Shown: in pieces, positions 24,747-38,463 of the stretch
How the letters are laid out: each line of letters starts with the position of its first letter
Numbering within the stretch: the stretch's first letter is position 1
NCBI RefSeq assembly: GCF_037042905.1
Contig: NC_087251.1
Coordinates: 44,456,001 to 44,520,000, forward strand
Reading direction: 5' to 3'
DNA length: 64,000 bases
Origin: Lytechinus pictus
Lineage: Eukaryota
Made by a program: the position numbers and the translations under genes
Notes under the pieces: model-generated
The model's input: only the letters and a program-made list of their open reading frames with translations
Database searches by the model: none
What the model was told of the DNA's origin: nothing

Positions 24747-25809
24747 TTAGATCAAAGGTTTATGTTATTTTTGTTGATGAATATAATGGTCATAATGATA
24801 GCATACTAACGCTGAAAATCTATATCATGTTGAATGGGATAACAAAACATATTCCACGAGTTAGAGGACCATTTGTTGCACTCATCTATAATTCCTGCAA
24901 TATTGACCCTTATAAGTGGAATGTCTTTGTTAGCCATAAAGAAATCCCTCCGATATAGTATAATCTTTATCTTCAGTGATCATTCTTCATTACATGGTAC
25001 CATACGGCACAATAATACGCAGCAAGTTTTCTACATACGCCAGTAGTGAATTCATCAGAGTTTGGTGCATCATGCAATATGATCTGGTATTGCACAAGCA
25101 AGTTATGCAGACCAAAATATGCAGTTTTAATGCAAGGTTAAAATAGACCTATATTGGTAATAATGTCAATTAAACTGCAGGCATCAACTATCGCAGCAGC
25201 CCTTGCCAAACGATGCCAATAAATATGAGCAAAGGTAAAAATATAGAATATACTTATGAAGGATATATGAAAGAAAGATAAATAAATGAACTGAACTGAA
25301 AAACATAGATAGACAATACTTCAGGATAGTGACCCAAATCAAGAATATTCCCCCTAAAATGGCAACAATTAAATCATAATGCAATATTGTTATGTGTTTC
25401 TCTAACAAGTTATTTCATGAAATACATGTACATTAAAAGGTCCTGTTTAATAAAGACTTTATGATTATTTCTAATTCTAAAACAAATTTACTATCAGCCA
25501 ATCAGATTGAAGGATTTTAGTAGCTTTAAACTGTAATTGAAAACTTGTTTTGATAAAGTTTTATGTAATGAGTTTCGGATGTTGGCGGCGAGGGTGATGG
25601 AACAGCAAGGTTTGAAGATTAAAGGACAAGTCCACCCCATCAAAAGTTTGATTAGAATAAAAAGAGAAAAATCCAACAAGCATAACACTGACAATTTCAT
25701 CAAAATCGGATGTGAAATAAGAAAGTTATGACTTTTTCTCTATTTATTTAAATTAATTTTTTTTCTGGGGTGGACTTTACCTTTAACATAAGTAAAAGAA
25801 ACAAAATAC

Positions 25810-25898
25810 CTGGTGTTAAGCTTTTCTCTGGTGTTGAACTGAACAGGTTTGGGTGGTTTCTGAGATAGTAGTCTTGGTACTGACACCAATCCAACTCA
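25810..25898 (-). CDS. ANAPC1: ANAPC1 exon 18
   Basis: ELDWCQYQDYYLRNHPNLFSSTPEKSLTP; phase 2-1. Confidence 0.9.
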
Positions 25899-26106
25899 CT
25901 GTTTACATGGGGGAAAAAAGGGGGGAGGTAGTTGAGGGAGTAAATATAAACAAAGTAAGTTACATAGCAAATTACAAAAGAAATAAACACAATACTTGCC
26001 AACATCATCTATCTTCAATGTAGAAGTAACACTAACAGGTTGCATACACAGCTATTGACACTTTGTGCTTTTGATTGGTTAAAAATTATTTGGCAAATAA
26101 GGAAAA

Positions 26107-26489
26107 GGGCCATTCTTGGTCACGTGTGTGACCGAAATTATGACAAATCGTGAATTTAATTAGTTATAAATCTAAATTTTTTTTAGAGATTTAGTAATCC
26201 AAAGGTTACATGACATTAACATATTTAGTCGGCGATCATTTGAAAATATTCTTTGCTGTCTCCAATATGCAGGTTCAAGGTCAGAGGTCAAAAGAAGTGG
26301 GTCATGTGTGTGACTTCACATAAAGCATGATTTTGAGAGTTTAATTTCATTTGAAATCCTGTGAATTTCAAAATGAGATTAAACTTTCAAAATCACCATA
26401 ATTGGATATCAATCTGTAAAGTTTTTCAATTTGTAACTAATATAAGTCAATAAGTCAATTTCGGTCACACACTTGACCAAGAATGGCCC
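26107..26489. mobile_element. MITE with ~35-bp TIRs
   Basis: GGGCCATTCTTGGTCA.GTGTGTGACCGAAATT inverted. Confidence 0.88.
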
Positions 26490-26714
26490 ACAATAGTTCT
26501 CTAAAATGTGTTTTTTTTTTCCCTTAAAAACGCTGGTCATAATCATAGATATCACTGAAACACAAGAGTCTTTTTAGTGCTTTGATAACAGAGAAACAAA
26601 TGATTGAAACGATTCAGCTTAATTGCATGATTTTTGAATGGCTGGCATAAATTCTATATATTTAGTGATCAAAACATACCAATATTTAGGACGAAATAAA
26701 TGAAAATGATTTAC

Positions 26715-26785
26715 CATGCTAGATGATTGAGAACGACAACCAATTCCTTCACATCCTCCTTCGAAAACTTGTTCAATTTCAGTTC
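26715..26785 (-). CDS. ANAPC1: ANAPC1 exon 17
   Basis: ELKLNKFSKEDVKELVVVLNHLA; phase 0-2. Confidence 0.91.
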
Positions 26786-27239
26786 CTAAAGGGGGAAAAT
26801 AAAGAATGACAAATTAGCATTATATTTCTTTCAATGTGAAAGATAGGATTGATTTCTTCAACATCTATTAATGGATACCACTATATCTAATTCATATATA
26901 TGAATGAATAAATATAAATAAACAAATATATAAATAAATAAATAAATAAAGAAGAGAACATTATATCACGATAGAAATGATATTGTTAATTTATATAAAT
27001 CTCTAACAGTTCATAGCATGAGACACATTTCTACATCATCAAAATCAAACTTATCGTTTATATTAAACTTTATCTTGCGCTGCACAGTGGCTGCCGGGCC
27101 CATGATCGATCAGGCAAAATTTTCGAAGTATGTTTATTTCATATTTCGAACACTAAAACATGGATATGGATAAATGAGGGCATCACCAGGATTTGTTATT
27201 GCTTGTGGTGCTGGTTTTTACGATTGATCATTCTCCTCC

Positions 27240-27671
27240 TCTCATAAATGATCTCCACTGGCTCCATGTTAATGATCGTATCATACATAAGACCTTAACT
27301 CTAACAATCAATCCCCAACTTACTTAGCTGATCTTCTTGCACACACACACACCACACATCCAAATACAACACACGCTCAGCCACCCATAATACTCTTGTT
27401 GTGCCTCGTACCGCTAAACAAATAATGGATAGGGCCTTTTCTACCGTTGCCCCCAAAACATGGAACTCCTTGCCGCCTTTATTAAAGACTTTCCCAACAC
27501 TTTCCTCATTTAAGAAATGTCTCAAGACTTAACTGTTCTAAATTTTCTGTCTGTTCGCCATAATGTTCATAATTTTTGTAGTTATTTTTCTTATGTTTTA
27601 TACTCCCTATTCGTGTTTCTGTTATTCTTTCTTTTTTTAATGTGCTTTGTATCTGATGAAAAGGCACTATA
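27240..27671 (+). mobile_element. L2-type LINE 3' fragment
   Basis: LHWL..RI..K / TRSATHNTLVVPRT..RAFSTVAPKTWNSLP..SSFKKCLKT; tail resumes at 28467-28497. Confidence 0.75.
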
Positions 27672-28466
27672 CAGTGCATCCCACAAAAAACGAAACCGGG
27701 ATTTATCGGTGATTTATCATAATTTAATCGCAAATACAATAGACAAATGACCTACCATTGTAAAGCTTAGAATCTCCTCTTTCATCTGAAATTCCTTAGA
27801 CTATTTCTCATTCACGCATGAGTGAGCAAAAACAATTTGAATAGGGGATACCAAAAAGTCATTTGGCGGGCTGTATCTGGGTTTCAAAAAGAAAACCACA
27901 TTTTTAAAAAGTTCAATATCTGCTCTTTAATTTGATACCTCAATTACAGAAAATGGTCAAGAAATAACAAAGTGCTGGTTATTTGAAATAAGGCTTGAAT
28001 TTCAACAATTTCATAAAATTAAGAGGTTCTACAGGCTAGCGTTCAAACTTACTTGACACTCCGTTTTGTTGACGATCAGCCATGCATTAAGTCTTTTGTT
28101 TACCATGCGATAGCTTCTGTGGGTAACCAGTGAAAACTCGTTTATTTAATGAAATTATGGAAATACAAGCATTGTTTCGAGGGAACATAACTTTTTTACT
28201 TCTTGACCATTTTTTGTGATTAAGGTATCTAATAAAAGAGCAGATATTGAACTTTTTAGGCATGTGATTTTCTTTTTGAGTTTTTGGTATCCTTTCTTCA
28301 AATTGTTTATGCTCACTCATGCATGAATGGGGAATAATCTAAGTAATATCAGATGAAAGAGGAGATTCTAAGCTTTACACTGGTAGGTCATTTGTCTATT
28401 GTATTTGTGATTAAAGTAAGATAAATTATTGCTTAATCTCGGTTTCGTTTTTTCTGGGACGCACTG
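27672..28466. mobile_element. Tc1/mariner-type MITE with long TIRs
   Basis: TA|CAGTGC.TCCCA.AAAAAACGAAACCG...CACTG|TA. Confidence 0.92.
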
Positions 28467-28547
28467 TATAAATGAAGTGTATTATTATCATTATTATACA
28501 CAGTAGTCAATCAATCGTTAGGTTTTATGTTACAGGACCCTGTTTAC

Positions 28548-28757
28548 CTCGTAAACAAGATGAAGAACAAACGCCAGCCCAGGTATTTGAGTGAAGAGAA
28601 GCGCCGAGGATTCCAGGGGTTTACGGTTAGTCGCTGGGTCGTTGGACGATTCCGTGTCCTTTGCACTGGGCGAGGGCGCCCTATCAGGGTGGCCGAATGC
28701 TGGGAAGTTATCCTTCACCTTGCTGTGGTAGTCCGAGGAAAAGAGATATTCCCAGTC
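28548..28757 (-). CDS. ANAPC1: ANAPC1 exon 16
   Basis: DWEYLFSSDYH...SSALLFTQIPGLAFVLHLVYE; phase 0-0. Confidence 0.94.
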
Positions 28758-28955
28758 CTGGCAATGGAAGGAAATTCATAACATCGGTGCTTTGATTCAC
28801 ACAGGTTGGTCATCATTGACAAATTGTTTTGTTCATTGAAAGTTATTTTAGCAATAGATAATAGTGCTCCTCAGTCAACGGAAACCCCAAAATTTCACTG
28901 ACATTGTCAGTAACGATGAAAACATTTATAAAACAGTACCGAGGTACGGACATCA

Positions 28956-29115
28956 GGGGGGCGTTTCATGAAAGGACTTGTCGGACGTTTTATCCGACAA
29001 GTCCCATTTTATCCGACAGTTACCATAGTAACAGTACCTCTCAGCCAATCAACATCAGAGAAAGATGTCAGATCTGACAACTTGTCGGATGAAAATGTTG
29101 ATGAAACACTCCCCC
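28956..29115. mobile_element. Short Harbinger-like MITE
   Basis: GGGGGG.GTTTCAT termini; relative at 30289-30448. Confidence 0.75.
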
Positions 29116-29675
29116 GAACTAATCCCCAAATTAATCTAAGTAAAATTAAAAAAGGCAATGCAAATTTGTTATACTTGGAATGGATAGTGAGGAGCCTAAC
29201 TGCAAAAGTATGTGAGGTACATGCAGTTGCCTTGGATATTTCAACAAAATCTGTGAATCTATGAATTTACAATTGTAAATTCATCTTCAAAATCAGAAAA
29301 ACTTTAAAGAATGTTGTGGCATGCTCCCCTTCCTGTACTCCCCTCTCATTATTTTATTTTGAATCGACTAATTCGAAATGTGCATAGCCCTGTCTTGTTT
29401 TATATTATTACAATACTGCATCCATTTTATGTTGCCCTGATTAAATTTTATGTAATGTGACCTTCTTGTTATGTTTATTTCACCTTTTTCATCAAAATTG
29501 ATTTATAAAAAAAGAGAAAAGGTAATTTAAAACGTCAATTTCTATTTTATCATAAGGCATAGATGAAATGGTTAATGTTAGAGCCCATTGACAAAATACA
29601 TATAGAATGAGGGGAAAAGGAAATAAATGCGAATAAAGATAATCTTCTAAAATCCTTGTTTTGTGCCTAACTCAC

Positions 29676-29741
29676 CTCATCCCAGCCTGAGGGTTTATGT
29701 TTCTTGGCTGCCACTCCAGGGGAACCCGATGATTCGGTGTC
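29676..29741 (-). CDS. ANAPC1: ANAPC1 exon 15
   Basis: DTESSGSPGVAAKKHKPSGWDE; phase 0-0. Confidence 0.88.
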
Positions 29742-29838
29742 CTGAAAATGATCAGAAAATATTTGACCAGCTACATTACTGGCCTAGTATACAATCTGAC
29801 AGAACTTCTTCAGGGGCGCAGGTGATTTCACCCCCCCC

Positions 29839-29873
<35 letters not shown>

Positions 29874-30663
29874 AAAAATTCCCATTCACTGCAATGTTAA
29901 AAGGAAAATGAAAATACATAATTTTTGTTTGCTCTTTCCCCTACATCGCTTTCTGGAGAACATCGGGGAATATTGATTTTCATGAAACAAAATTTCAGTG
30001 ATTTTCACTGGCAAGTGTTGTAAGCTACTGAAAACCCTCAAATCCTATTGGTCAAGAGTTAATTCATCAGTGAAAATCATTGATAAAACATTTCATGAAA
30101 TGCTCTCCTTATGAGAGGATATGGAGGCTTGGATTACCAATTTTATTGTTAAAGACACCACAAAACCAAAATATAAGCACTGGAGTCACCTCAAGCAAAA
30201 AGAAATATGCAAGATTATTGTAGCATTTATTACAATTTTTCTAAGCACTGAATACTACTACTTCAGCTTTAATGCAGCTCCATCATCTGGAGAGTGTTTC
30301 ATGAAAGGACTTGTTAGATGTTTTATCTGATAAGTCCTGTTTTACGCGACAGTTGCCATAGGAACTGTGCTCCTCAGCCAATCAAAATCGAGGAAAGTTG
30401 TCAGATCTGGCGACTTGTCGGACGTCAATGTTGATGAAACGATCCCCAGGTACTCGGTCATTAAAGGAATCCATTCTTACTGGGTACTACACCTGGTTTA
30501 AGATAGGCAAATGTACCTTGTTAAAGGAAACGAGTTCTGTGGTGGGATTCGAACCTGGGACCCTGTGATTCAAAAGTCCTAAGACGTATCCACAGGGCCT
30601 TTAAAGTACACGAACATGTACTTACGAATCTCCAAATAATATTATTCAGCACCTTAAACTCAC

Positions 30664-30851
30664 CCGACCATATAGATTAAGCTGTTCGGTATTATATCCC
30701 ATCATATTCAACAAACAGGTCACAAAGGTCATGAGCTCTGATTGGTCACGGATCTCTCCCGGTGCATGATTGGTGGAATACCACTTTGCCTGGAACTGGA
30801 TTGCTGTATCCCTTGGCAACACATACTTCACAGCCTCAAGGCACAGATTAA
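30664..30851 (-). CDS. ANAPC1: ANAPC1 exon 14
   Basis: NLCLEAVKYVLP...KWYSTNHAPG...FVTCLLNMMGYNTEQLNLYGR; phase 1-0. Confidence 0.94.
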
Positions 30852-31583
30852 CTATATAAATATAAATGTAAATTGTTTAAAAAGGATATGACGGGGGAGG
30901 GGGAGTTCTTATAAGACTGAAGTTTTAAGTATAAGTGTTACTTTCAGTTGTAACCTATTTTGGTGCATTATGCCTGTATCATTTATATTGAATTCACTAT
31001 GATCATTATTTCACTTCATGTATTTAGATTCAATTATCTCACTATGCATCTATGATTACTTTGTAACATCTGTTTGTATCAATCCCCCTACTGTTTTAAC
31101 GAGGATTTTTTTTTTACAATAAACCAAAATGAATCTGAATCTAATGAAGATGGAACTTGATACAGTTGTATGAAATGTGCATATAATGAATAAACATGTA
31201 ATTAAATCTAGTATAACTTTTCTGAGGCAAGGAAAGCAAAGTGCCACATGATATGTAATAACAAAACCATAATTTGATTGTGGAACTCACAAGATTTCAA
31301 AGTATTATTTAAACCAGCTATGAACCTGATCAGAAATTGGATAATTGCATGCTAAAAAAATATATCAAAGGTATCTGTGAATACCTAAAATAGTTGTATA
31401 GAAATTAATCAACATCACGGAGTAGCAAAGAACATATATAAAATGTGATTCATTTATTCTTAATAATAGAAAATGAAGCTGATTTTATTTGAGTTGATGT
31501 CTGGCATTTCAACCGTTTAATTATATGAGAAGGAGTGTATGCAATGTAACCCTATAATACAAAAGATTAAATTGTTTACAAAC

Positions 31584-31644
31584 CTGTATTTGATACTGAT
31601 ATTTTTGGTAGTGATGTCCTTATCATAGTCTCATTTGACAGGAC
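31584..31644 (-). CDS. ANAPC1: ANAPC1 exon 13
   Basis: VLSNETMIRTSLPKISVSNT; phase 0-1. Confidence 0.88.
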
Positions 31645-31947
31645 CTGCATTTTGGATAATAGTAATAGAAGAGAAATATGTCATTTAAATTTATTAGAAT
31701 ACATGAAGTTGTAATTTCAATGAAATATTTAAATAAGGAAGTAATTAAATGAAAAATATTTATAAACAAAAAATATTTAAATGCAAAATTAAGTTATCAT
31801 TTAAATGAAATACGTTATTTATTGGTATTGAAGTGCATGATTTCATGAGAAAGTGTTAAAAATCAAGGTGAATTTTCACCATATCATCGTAGATCTAGAT
31901 TAGGTGAATTTACATAAAGCTTACTCTGTGAAATTATGAAATCTACA

Positions 31948-32541
31948 CAAGTCCATCCCAATAACAAGTTGATTTGAATAAAAAGAGAAAAATCCAACAA
32001 GCATAACACTGAAAATTTCATCAAAATCGGATGTAAGATAAGAAAGTTATGGCATTTTAAATTAAAGTTTCGCTTATGTTCACAAAACAGTTATATGCAC
32101 ATCCTGCTCAGTATGCAAATGAGGAGACTGATGACGTCATCCACTCACTATTTTTTTTGTATTTTATTACATGAATTATATTAATTTTCTCCTCATTGTC
32201 AAGTGAAACAACGATTAATTCCTCCCTGAACATGTGGAATTAGCATTGCTTAATACTACATGGTTCAGTCAAGTTGGTCCTTATTGTCAAATCTGTAAAA
32301 AATGAAATATTGTATAATTCAAATAACAAAACAAAAGAAAAAGTGAGTGAGGGACATCATCCACCGTCCCATTTGAATGTCACTAAGTTGTGCATATCAC
32401 TGTTTTGTGAAAAATAAGCAAAACTTTAAAATGTCATAACTTTCTTATTTTATATCCGAATTTGATGAAATTTTCAGTGCTATGCTTCTGTATTTTTCTC
32501 TATTGATTCAAATCAATATTTCTCTGGGGTGGACTTGACCT
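31948..32541. mobile_element. Kolobok-like MITE, inverted relative to 8341-8941
   Basis: Right end GGGGTGGACTTGACCT|TTAA; internal homology to 8341-8941. Confidence 0.85.
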
Positions 32542-32691
32542 TTAAGTTTAACAACACAGATAAGCATGTATGGGACAGTAGATCATCGTTGCTTGGAATA
32601 AGACCCAACACTTGGCTGGAATGCCATGCTTATTTTTTAAAATTTCATCAGCAAGCATTTGAATGTATTCAGATAAATGCTTAAAATTTAC

Positions 32692-32841
32692 CACAGTGAA
32701 TCTATTCTTGACTGGATCCTGAAGTCGGACGACATGTTGACCACTGGTGGCGCTGTGCGACAGGGTCAAGTCTTCGCTGCAGGTCGATTCTTGGAGCTTG
32801 GTGTGACTAACCTCGCCGGGCACCGGTGAGAGAAGTCCAAC
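32692..32841 (-). CDS. ANAPC1: ANAPC1 exon 12
   Basis: VGLLSPVPGE...LQDPVKNRFTV; phase 0-0. Confidence 0.93.
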
Positions 32842-33393
32842 CTGATTTGGAAAAGCAAGTTGAAAAGTGGAAAAGAGTTGCATTTGGTTTATTCACTTGG
32901 CCTTTTTCTCAGATAGTCTAATAGAACATAGCATAAAATGATCTAATTGCCCTTTGATTTACATTACAATTAGTCCAATACCCACTTAGTCTAATGTCCT
33001 TTTGGTCTATTTTCCATTCCCTCTTATTCACTTGGTCTCCTTATCAGATAGTCTAATATCACATGGGATAAAACCATTTGGCCTGATTGCCATTTGGTTT
33101 AAATTACAATTAGTCTAGTACCCACTCAGACTGATGCCTAGTAGGTCTAATTTCCATTGTATCTTGTCATATTGTATCTTGTCAAATGAAAATTTGGTAA
33201 ATAAAACAGTTCATCAAACAATGGAGAATAAAAGTGGTATTAGACCACATGGATGTAAGATGAAATAAGTATAGCCCAACTGGAAATTAACGAAAAATGG
33301 AAAATAGGCTAAATAGCAGATGAACTGGTTATAGGCAGTTACTTTCTCTTGCTAAAAACAATTATTTTAATGTGTGTTACATGACTTTATTAC

Positions 33394-33615
33394 CTCGTCA
33401 TTCAGGGTAGGCGAGGCACCTGTCAGGTGGGATGACGTCAGGTAGGGGCTATCCAGGGGGGTACTGGGGCGTGGCATGGTAGTACCCCCTGGTCCTACGC
33501 TGCTGGCCATGATGGTAGGGGCGACCCCTGGGAGCAGGATGTTGCCGACCTTGTTGATGCCGGTATAGAGTGCCAGGTTCCCGTTGGCTTCGACCACAGC
33601 CATCATCTTCAGATC
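33394..33615 (-). CDS. ANAPC1: ANAPC1 exon 11
   Basis: DLKMMAVVEANGNLALYTG...MPRPSTPLD...LNDE; phase 0-0. Confidence 0.94.
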
Positions 33616-33959
33616 CTGGCATGACAAAAATATGCAGAGAAGACTTATGATTTTTCATTATTTTTGTTATTACAATATCATCATCATCATCATCATCATC
33701 ATCTATTTTGACAATTAACGAACAATATAATATCTTAGAACCCAGTAATGTACATAACAAAAAAGGAATGTGCAATCACTGGAATGCCTCCAAGGTTAAC
33801 TGAATAACTGAAGTTAATAATGACTATTTAACCCTATCCAACAGATCCTAAACAAAATGAAATCCTGTGCTTATTTAGAAGAAACTTGGAAGAAATTCCA
33901 GAAGTGGAATTGAGTGCACCAATTCTAATTTCATTAAATGACCTGGCGTGCTTTAGGAG

Positions 33960-34446
33960 TGGCATGGCTGATGAAACAACTCGCCTGACTTTGAACTACA
34001 AGGTCTGGGGTTCAATCCCCACTGCAGTAACTGTGTTCTTTGGCAAGGCATTTAATTACATAGTACATTTGCCACTCCCAACCCAGGGGGGTGTTTCACA
34101 AAGATTTAAGTATGAATTAGGTCGCACTTGAATGCCGACGCGTACATGATATGCAACACGCAATCTTATTGATCAATACGCAGTAGTGCGCGTCCTCTTG
34201 GCATGATCTGACCAATACTGTCATGTATTGCATACCACGCGCAACTCGACATATAAGTGCGACTCTAAGTCATACTTAAATCTTTGTGAAACACCCCCAG
34301 GTGTAGTTTATGGGTTCCTGGTAGGAAGAAATTCCTTTAATCCTGAGCGCCTGATGAGGGTAGCAGTGCTAAACCCAGGTTGATCAGATGCAGGGCTTAG
34401 AAACATTGTATGACGTGCTATATAAATGTTGCATATTATCATTATT
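33960..34446 (+). mobile_element. Degenerate SINE interrupted by a palindromic MITE (34087-34297, CAG target)
   Basis: GGTTCAATCCC B-box, ACCCAG|MITE|GTG core, GCTATATAAAT..TATTAT tail. Confidence 0.75.
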
Positions 34447-34499
34447 CATTTCAAAATTAAAAAGTTATTTCACTCAATGGTGGTGGGCACTGTGCTTAC

Positions 34500-34689
34500 C
34501 TCCAACTGTACAGCATCCCTGACGTGGAGCGTAGTAAGGCTGCCAAAGATGAGCTGCGTGCAGTCGTTACTTGAGTTGAACTTCAGGCACCTGAGTTGAC
34601 GATAACGTGGCAGGAGGAAGCAGAGGAAGTCCTGACCCGACAGGTCGGAGGTCAAGAACGCCTTGGAGGCTTGCCCCAGAATGCCATCT
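34500..34689 (-). CDS. ANAPC1: ANAPC1 exon 10
   Basis: DGILGQASKAFLTSDLSGQDFLCFL...SNDCTQLIFGS...DAVQLE; phase 2-0. Confidence 0.94.
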
Positions 34690-35421
34690 CTGAAGGAGTG
34701 AAGAGGAACAGAAGGTGATTAAGTTGGTACATGTCTGCCCTCTCCACAATTTCCCCCTTGGGAGGTACAGAGATGTTGGTTGACCAATTGACCACTGGGA
34801 ACCATTGCACAGAATTGTCGGCACTGACAAATTGTCATTATCGGAGAGTAACTATAGCAAAAGTCAGACACGTTTGCTACTCGGCAAGAATCATCTCCTA
34901 CTAGCACAGCTTCCCCCCAAGTACCACCTGCTTGTAGAATGTCCACAGCTGCCAGCCTGAACAAGAACATTTTGGTATTTTCAAAGCTAGAAATCAGTGT
35001 TTTAGTGAGGATATCAATGTTTTTAAAGAAATACCATGGGAATACCACATAGAACTGAAAATTTAGAAATAAGTATTTTGCATGAAACCATCAGTGTTCT
35101 TCTCATTTTCAGTACAAAATACTGATAATCAGTACTACTTGACAGCTCTGAATGTCCTGCCTGCAACAGGGATTATGGCTCAATCAAATGGATCTTTCAG
35201 GAAACAGTTGAGATGCAGCTTTTCTCACTCACACAGCTTCAGGATTGATCTCTCAAAGCATTCAATGTCATATGTTCTTGTGATTTCGACCTCAACAATC
35301 TAGTATATGACGATACTCTACAAAGAGGATTTCACTCAACGGCAGCAGAAGAAGAAGCAATCAATACCAAGGAAAATGACAAAAATAATGATGAAAAAGT
35401 CCCCTGAAGGGGTTAACTTAC

Positions 35422-35616
35422 CTATTAGCTGTGAAAGGTTCTGTCCAGCAATGCTCAAGACACAGTTCGGGAAGTAGCGGTTCATCAATGTCCTCACACA
35501 TTGTTGTCATGTCGTTGGTGGTACCTGCACCGGGCGTCCAAGGGTAAGATGATCTAGGAGTCTGGCTAACTCCTGGAGACAAGAAGGGAAGGCTGTGTCC
35601 TGGAGAGTAGGATCGA
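35422..35616 (-). CDS. ANAPC1: ANAPC1 exon 9
   Basis: RSYSPGHS...EPLLPELCLEHCWTEPFTAN; acag|...|gtaagt; phase 2-2. Confidence 0.9.
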
Positions 35617-36373
35617 CTGTTGTGAGAAAGAAACAAAGACAGAAAGAGAGTCAAGAACTGTGGTGATATCATTGGTGGTACCTGCACCGGGTGTCCAATG
35701 GTAAGATGATCTAGGAGTCTGGCTTACTCCTGGAAACAAGGAAGGTAGACTGTGTCCTTGAGAGTAGGACTGACTTTTGGAGAAAGAAAGAGAGTCACAC
35801 ATTGTGGTCATATCATTGGTGGTACCTGCACCAGGTTTCCAAGGGTAAGATGATCTAGGAGTCTGGCTAACTCCTGGAGACAAGAAGGGAAGGCTGTGTT
35901 CTGGAGAGTAGGATCAACATTTTGAGAAAGAAACAAAGACAGAAAGAGAGTAACACACGTTGTGGTCATGTTGTTGCTGGTACCTACACCGGGTGTCCAA
36001 TGGTAAGATGATCAAGGAGTCTGGCTAACCACTGGAGACCAGGAGGGTAGACTGTGCCCTAGATTATGATCAACTGTTAGAGAAAGAAATTTCTTCATGA
36101 TAAGTAATTAGTAAAGAAAGGAGATTTTTTGAAACTCCAGACATATTCAAATACATAACGAGTCTGACCAAAATAAAATACCTATTTGTGAATTCAATAG
36201 AACTGATAAGGAACAGTCAGTATTCACCCCAGCATTAACTTGTTAACCATACCATTAGTAACACAATTACATGTGTATTCAATGTCATTTCAAATTCTTC
36301 TTAACTTATGATTTTACATGCCTTTCAGGAAGAAACAACACAAATTCCCAAACTTGCACAAACCCGAACTTAC

Positions 36374-36663
36374 TTCACTCCTGAGTGAGACAAGGCCGGA
36401 CTCTGCCCTCTGGAGGCCAAATGAGGAGAGGCCAGGGTGCGGGCATAGCCCCGGAACCCCGGTGCCGGTGACATGGCAGGCGATATGCTGGACATGCTAA
36501 GGCGTGACTGGGCACTCATGCTCAGGCCAGCCAGGAGGCTTGCTGTAGAGCTGGTGCTATGGTGCTTAGGTGTGGCTCCAAGACCGGTGGTGTTCGCCAT
36601 GGAGGAGTGGAGGGAGAGAGACCCACTGAGGACATCTAACAGCTTCACTGCGGTGTTTGCCTC
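36374..36663 (-). CDS. ANAPC1: ANAPC1 exon 8 (Ser/Pro-rich loop)
   Basis: EANTAVKLLDV...SRGQSPALSHSGV; tttag|...|gtaagt; phase 0-2. Confidence 0.9.
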
Positions 36664-37277
36664 CTAAAATTTGGTGGAAGACAAGTAAACATCAGAATTA
36701 ATTAAAAAATTATTTAACTGCATTCTGTAATGATGTATTTACCTATGAAAGATTTATTGATGTTTGTATTTGTTGGTTTTTGCTATGAATTATTTTGCTT
36801 TCATCTACAATTATAGTGTAGTTATTGCAAACATGCTTAGTTTTGGTCCTTTTAACCTTCAAATCGGTGTTTTGAAACCACATAAATCAATAAAAATATA
36901 ATAGATGGCTTATATCATTTCATTGCCTGGATGAATGATAAAATTGGTCTCAGAATGCAAAATAAGTATTTGCCATATTAATGTACATATCAAGTTGATG
37001 GAAAATATATAACACAAAATCAATATATATATTGCGCTATCTTTGTTATTTTGGAAATTGGGACAAATCCAATTAACCCTAAGGATTGTTATAAATGAAA
37101 TACATTTATAACAAATGAAATTAATCTAAAACAAATGAAGTTCATAATAAAAAAATGAAATTAATCTAGAATATAACAAATGAAATTAATCTAGAACAAA
37201 TGAAATTCATATATATAATGAAATTAATTTACAAGTTATCATAACAAATGAAATTAATTTATAAAACATGTTTGTAC

Positions 37278-37420
37278 CTCTTCTTTGACCTTTCTCAATG
37301 CCCAGACCGAGTGGACTCCGATCGACCGGTCAAAGGTCATGACCAGGGAAGGTTTCTGACTCGTAAAGACAATCTGTTGCATTGGGTCTGTCACGAAGCT
37401 GACTCTAGTGTTTCCGCTGC
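37278..37420 (-). CDS. ANAPC1: ANAPC1 exon 7
   Basis: SGNTRVSFVTDPMQQIVF...PSLVMTFDRSIGVHSVWALRKVKEE; phase 1-0. Confidence 0.93.
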
Positions 37421-38383
37421 CTAGAAATGACAGAATGAAGGAAGAATGAAAAAAAAATAATGAACTGACAAAAGTTATTGTACGGGTAAACTATCATAGG
37501 TTGGCCTTCAATAAGTCGACTTTTTTTCATATTGAGCGATATTTTTAGACCAGATTTTGCAAAACACATGTTATAAACATTTTCTAATAATAATAATAAT
37601 AATACAAAACATTTATAGGGTGCTTAATACGGGCGTTTCTAAGCATGCTGTGTTCTGTATTTAACTTTACATGGGAAAAAAATTCAATGGGCATAATAAC
37701 AGTGTGACAAAAATCATTAAGAGAGAGAAAAAAAAAAAAAAAGATTAAAACTGGTGTGCACCTCCAATGACCGACCCACAACTGGGATTCATTGATTGAA
37801 AAGGTATGTTTTGAGCAGGGCCTTACACTGACTAATCCCCATATTACCTGTTTAACTTTTTTTAATTTCATTTTGAAATTTTGGTTTTATAATATGTTGG
37901 AATATGCACAGCAGCAATGTTTTTTGGTTGTGTCAGAATGGAGAGTAACTACCCATTAATTTGCTTAATAATAATGACAATAATAATAGTAAACTTTTCT
38001 ATATTTCTATATTGCCGATTGAAATACATAGTACATTCAACAATGATACTTATATTCTGCCATTATTTAACGCTTGATACATCTGAACATCTTTATAAAA
38101 GCACTTTACACATTCATGTATATTATTGCCCCGAGCTTCGGATCCTGGCATGCCCGCAGACACAAGGTATGCACTCACTCCACTCCCTGGGGAGCACTAA
38201 AACAAGATTTTCAATTAGCAATTGCTAGGCATACTACATATTAAGTCATAGCTCAAGGAGAATTAGCGAAGCCTACTACTGGTACCTCGACAAAATGCAT
38301 TACACTTTAAGTGCCTTATTTATTTACACTATTGAAAAAAAGAAAGTTTTGAAACAGAATAAAAATGAGAGTGCAACACTTAC

Positions 38384-38463
38384 TGCCACTTCTACACAAT
38401 ACCGGGGTTGGTTCATCAAGGGGATGCAGTAAACTGAAAAGAGTCGGTAGTTTCTCTTTCTCT
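38384..38463 (-). CDS. ANAPC1: ANAPC1 exon 6
   Basis: EKEKLPTLFSLLHPLDEPTPVLCRSG; phase 2-1. Confidence 0.93.
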
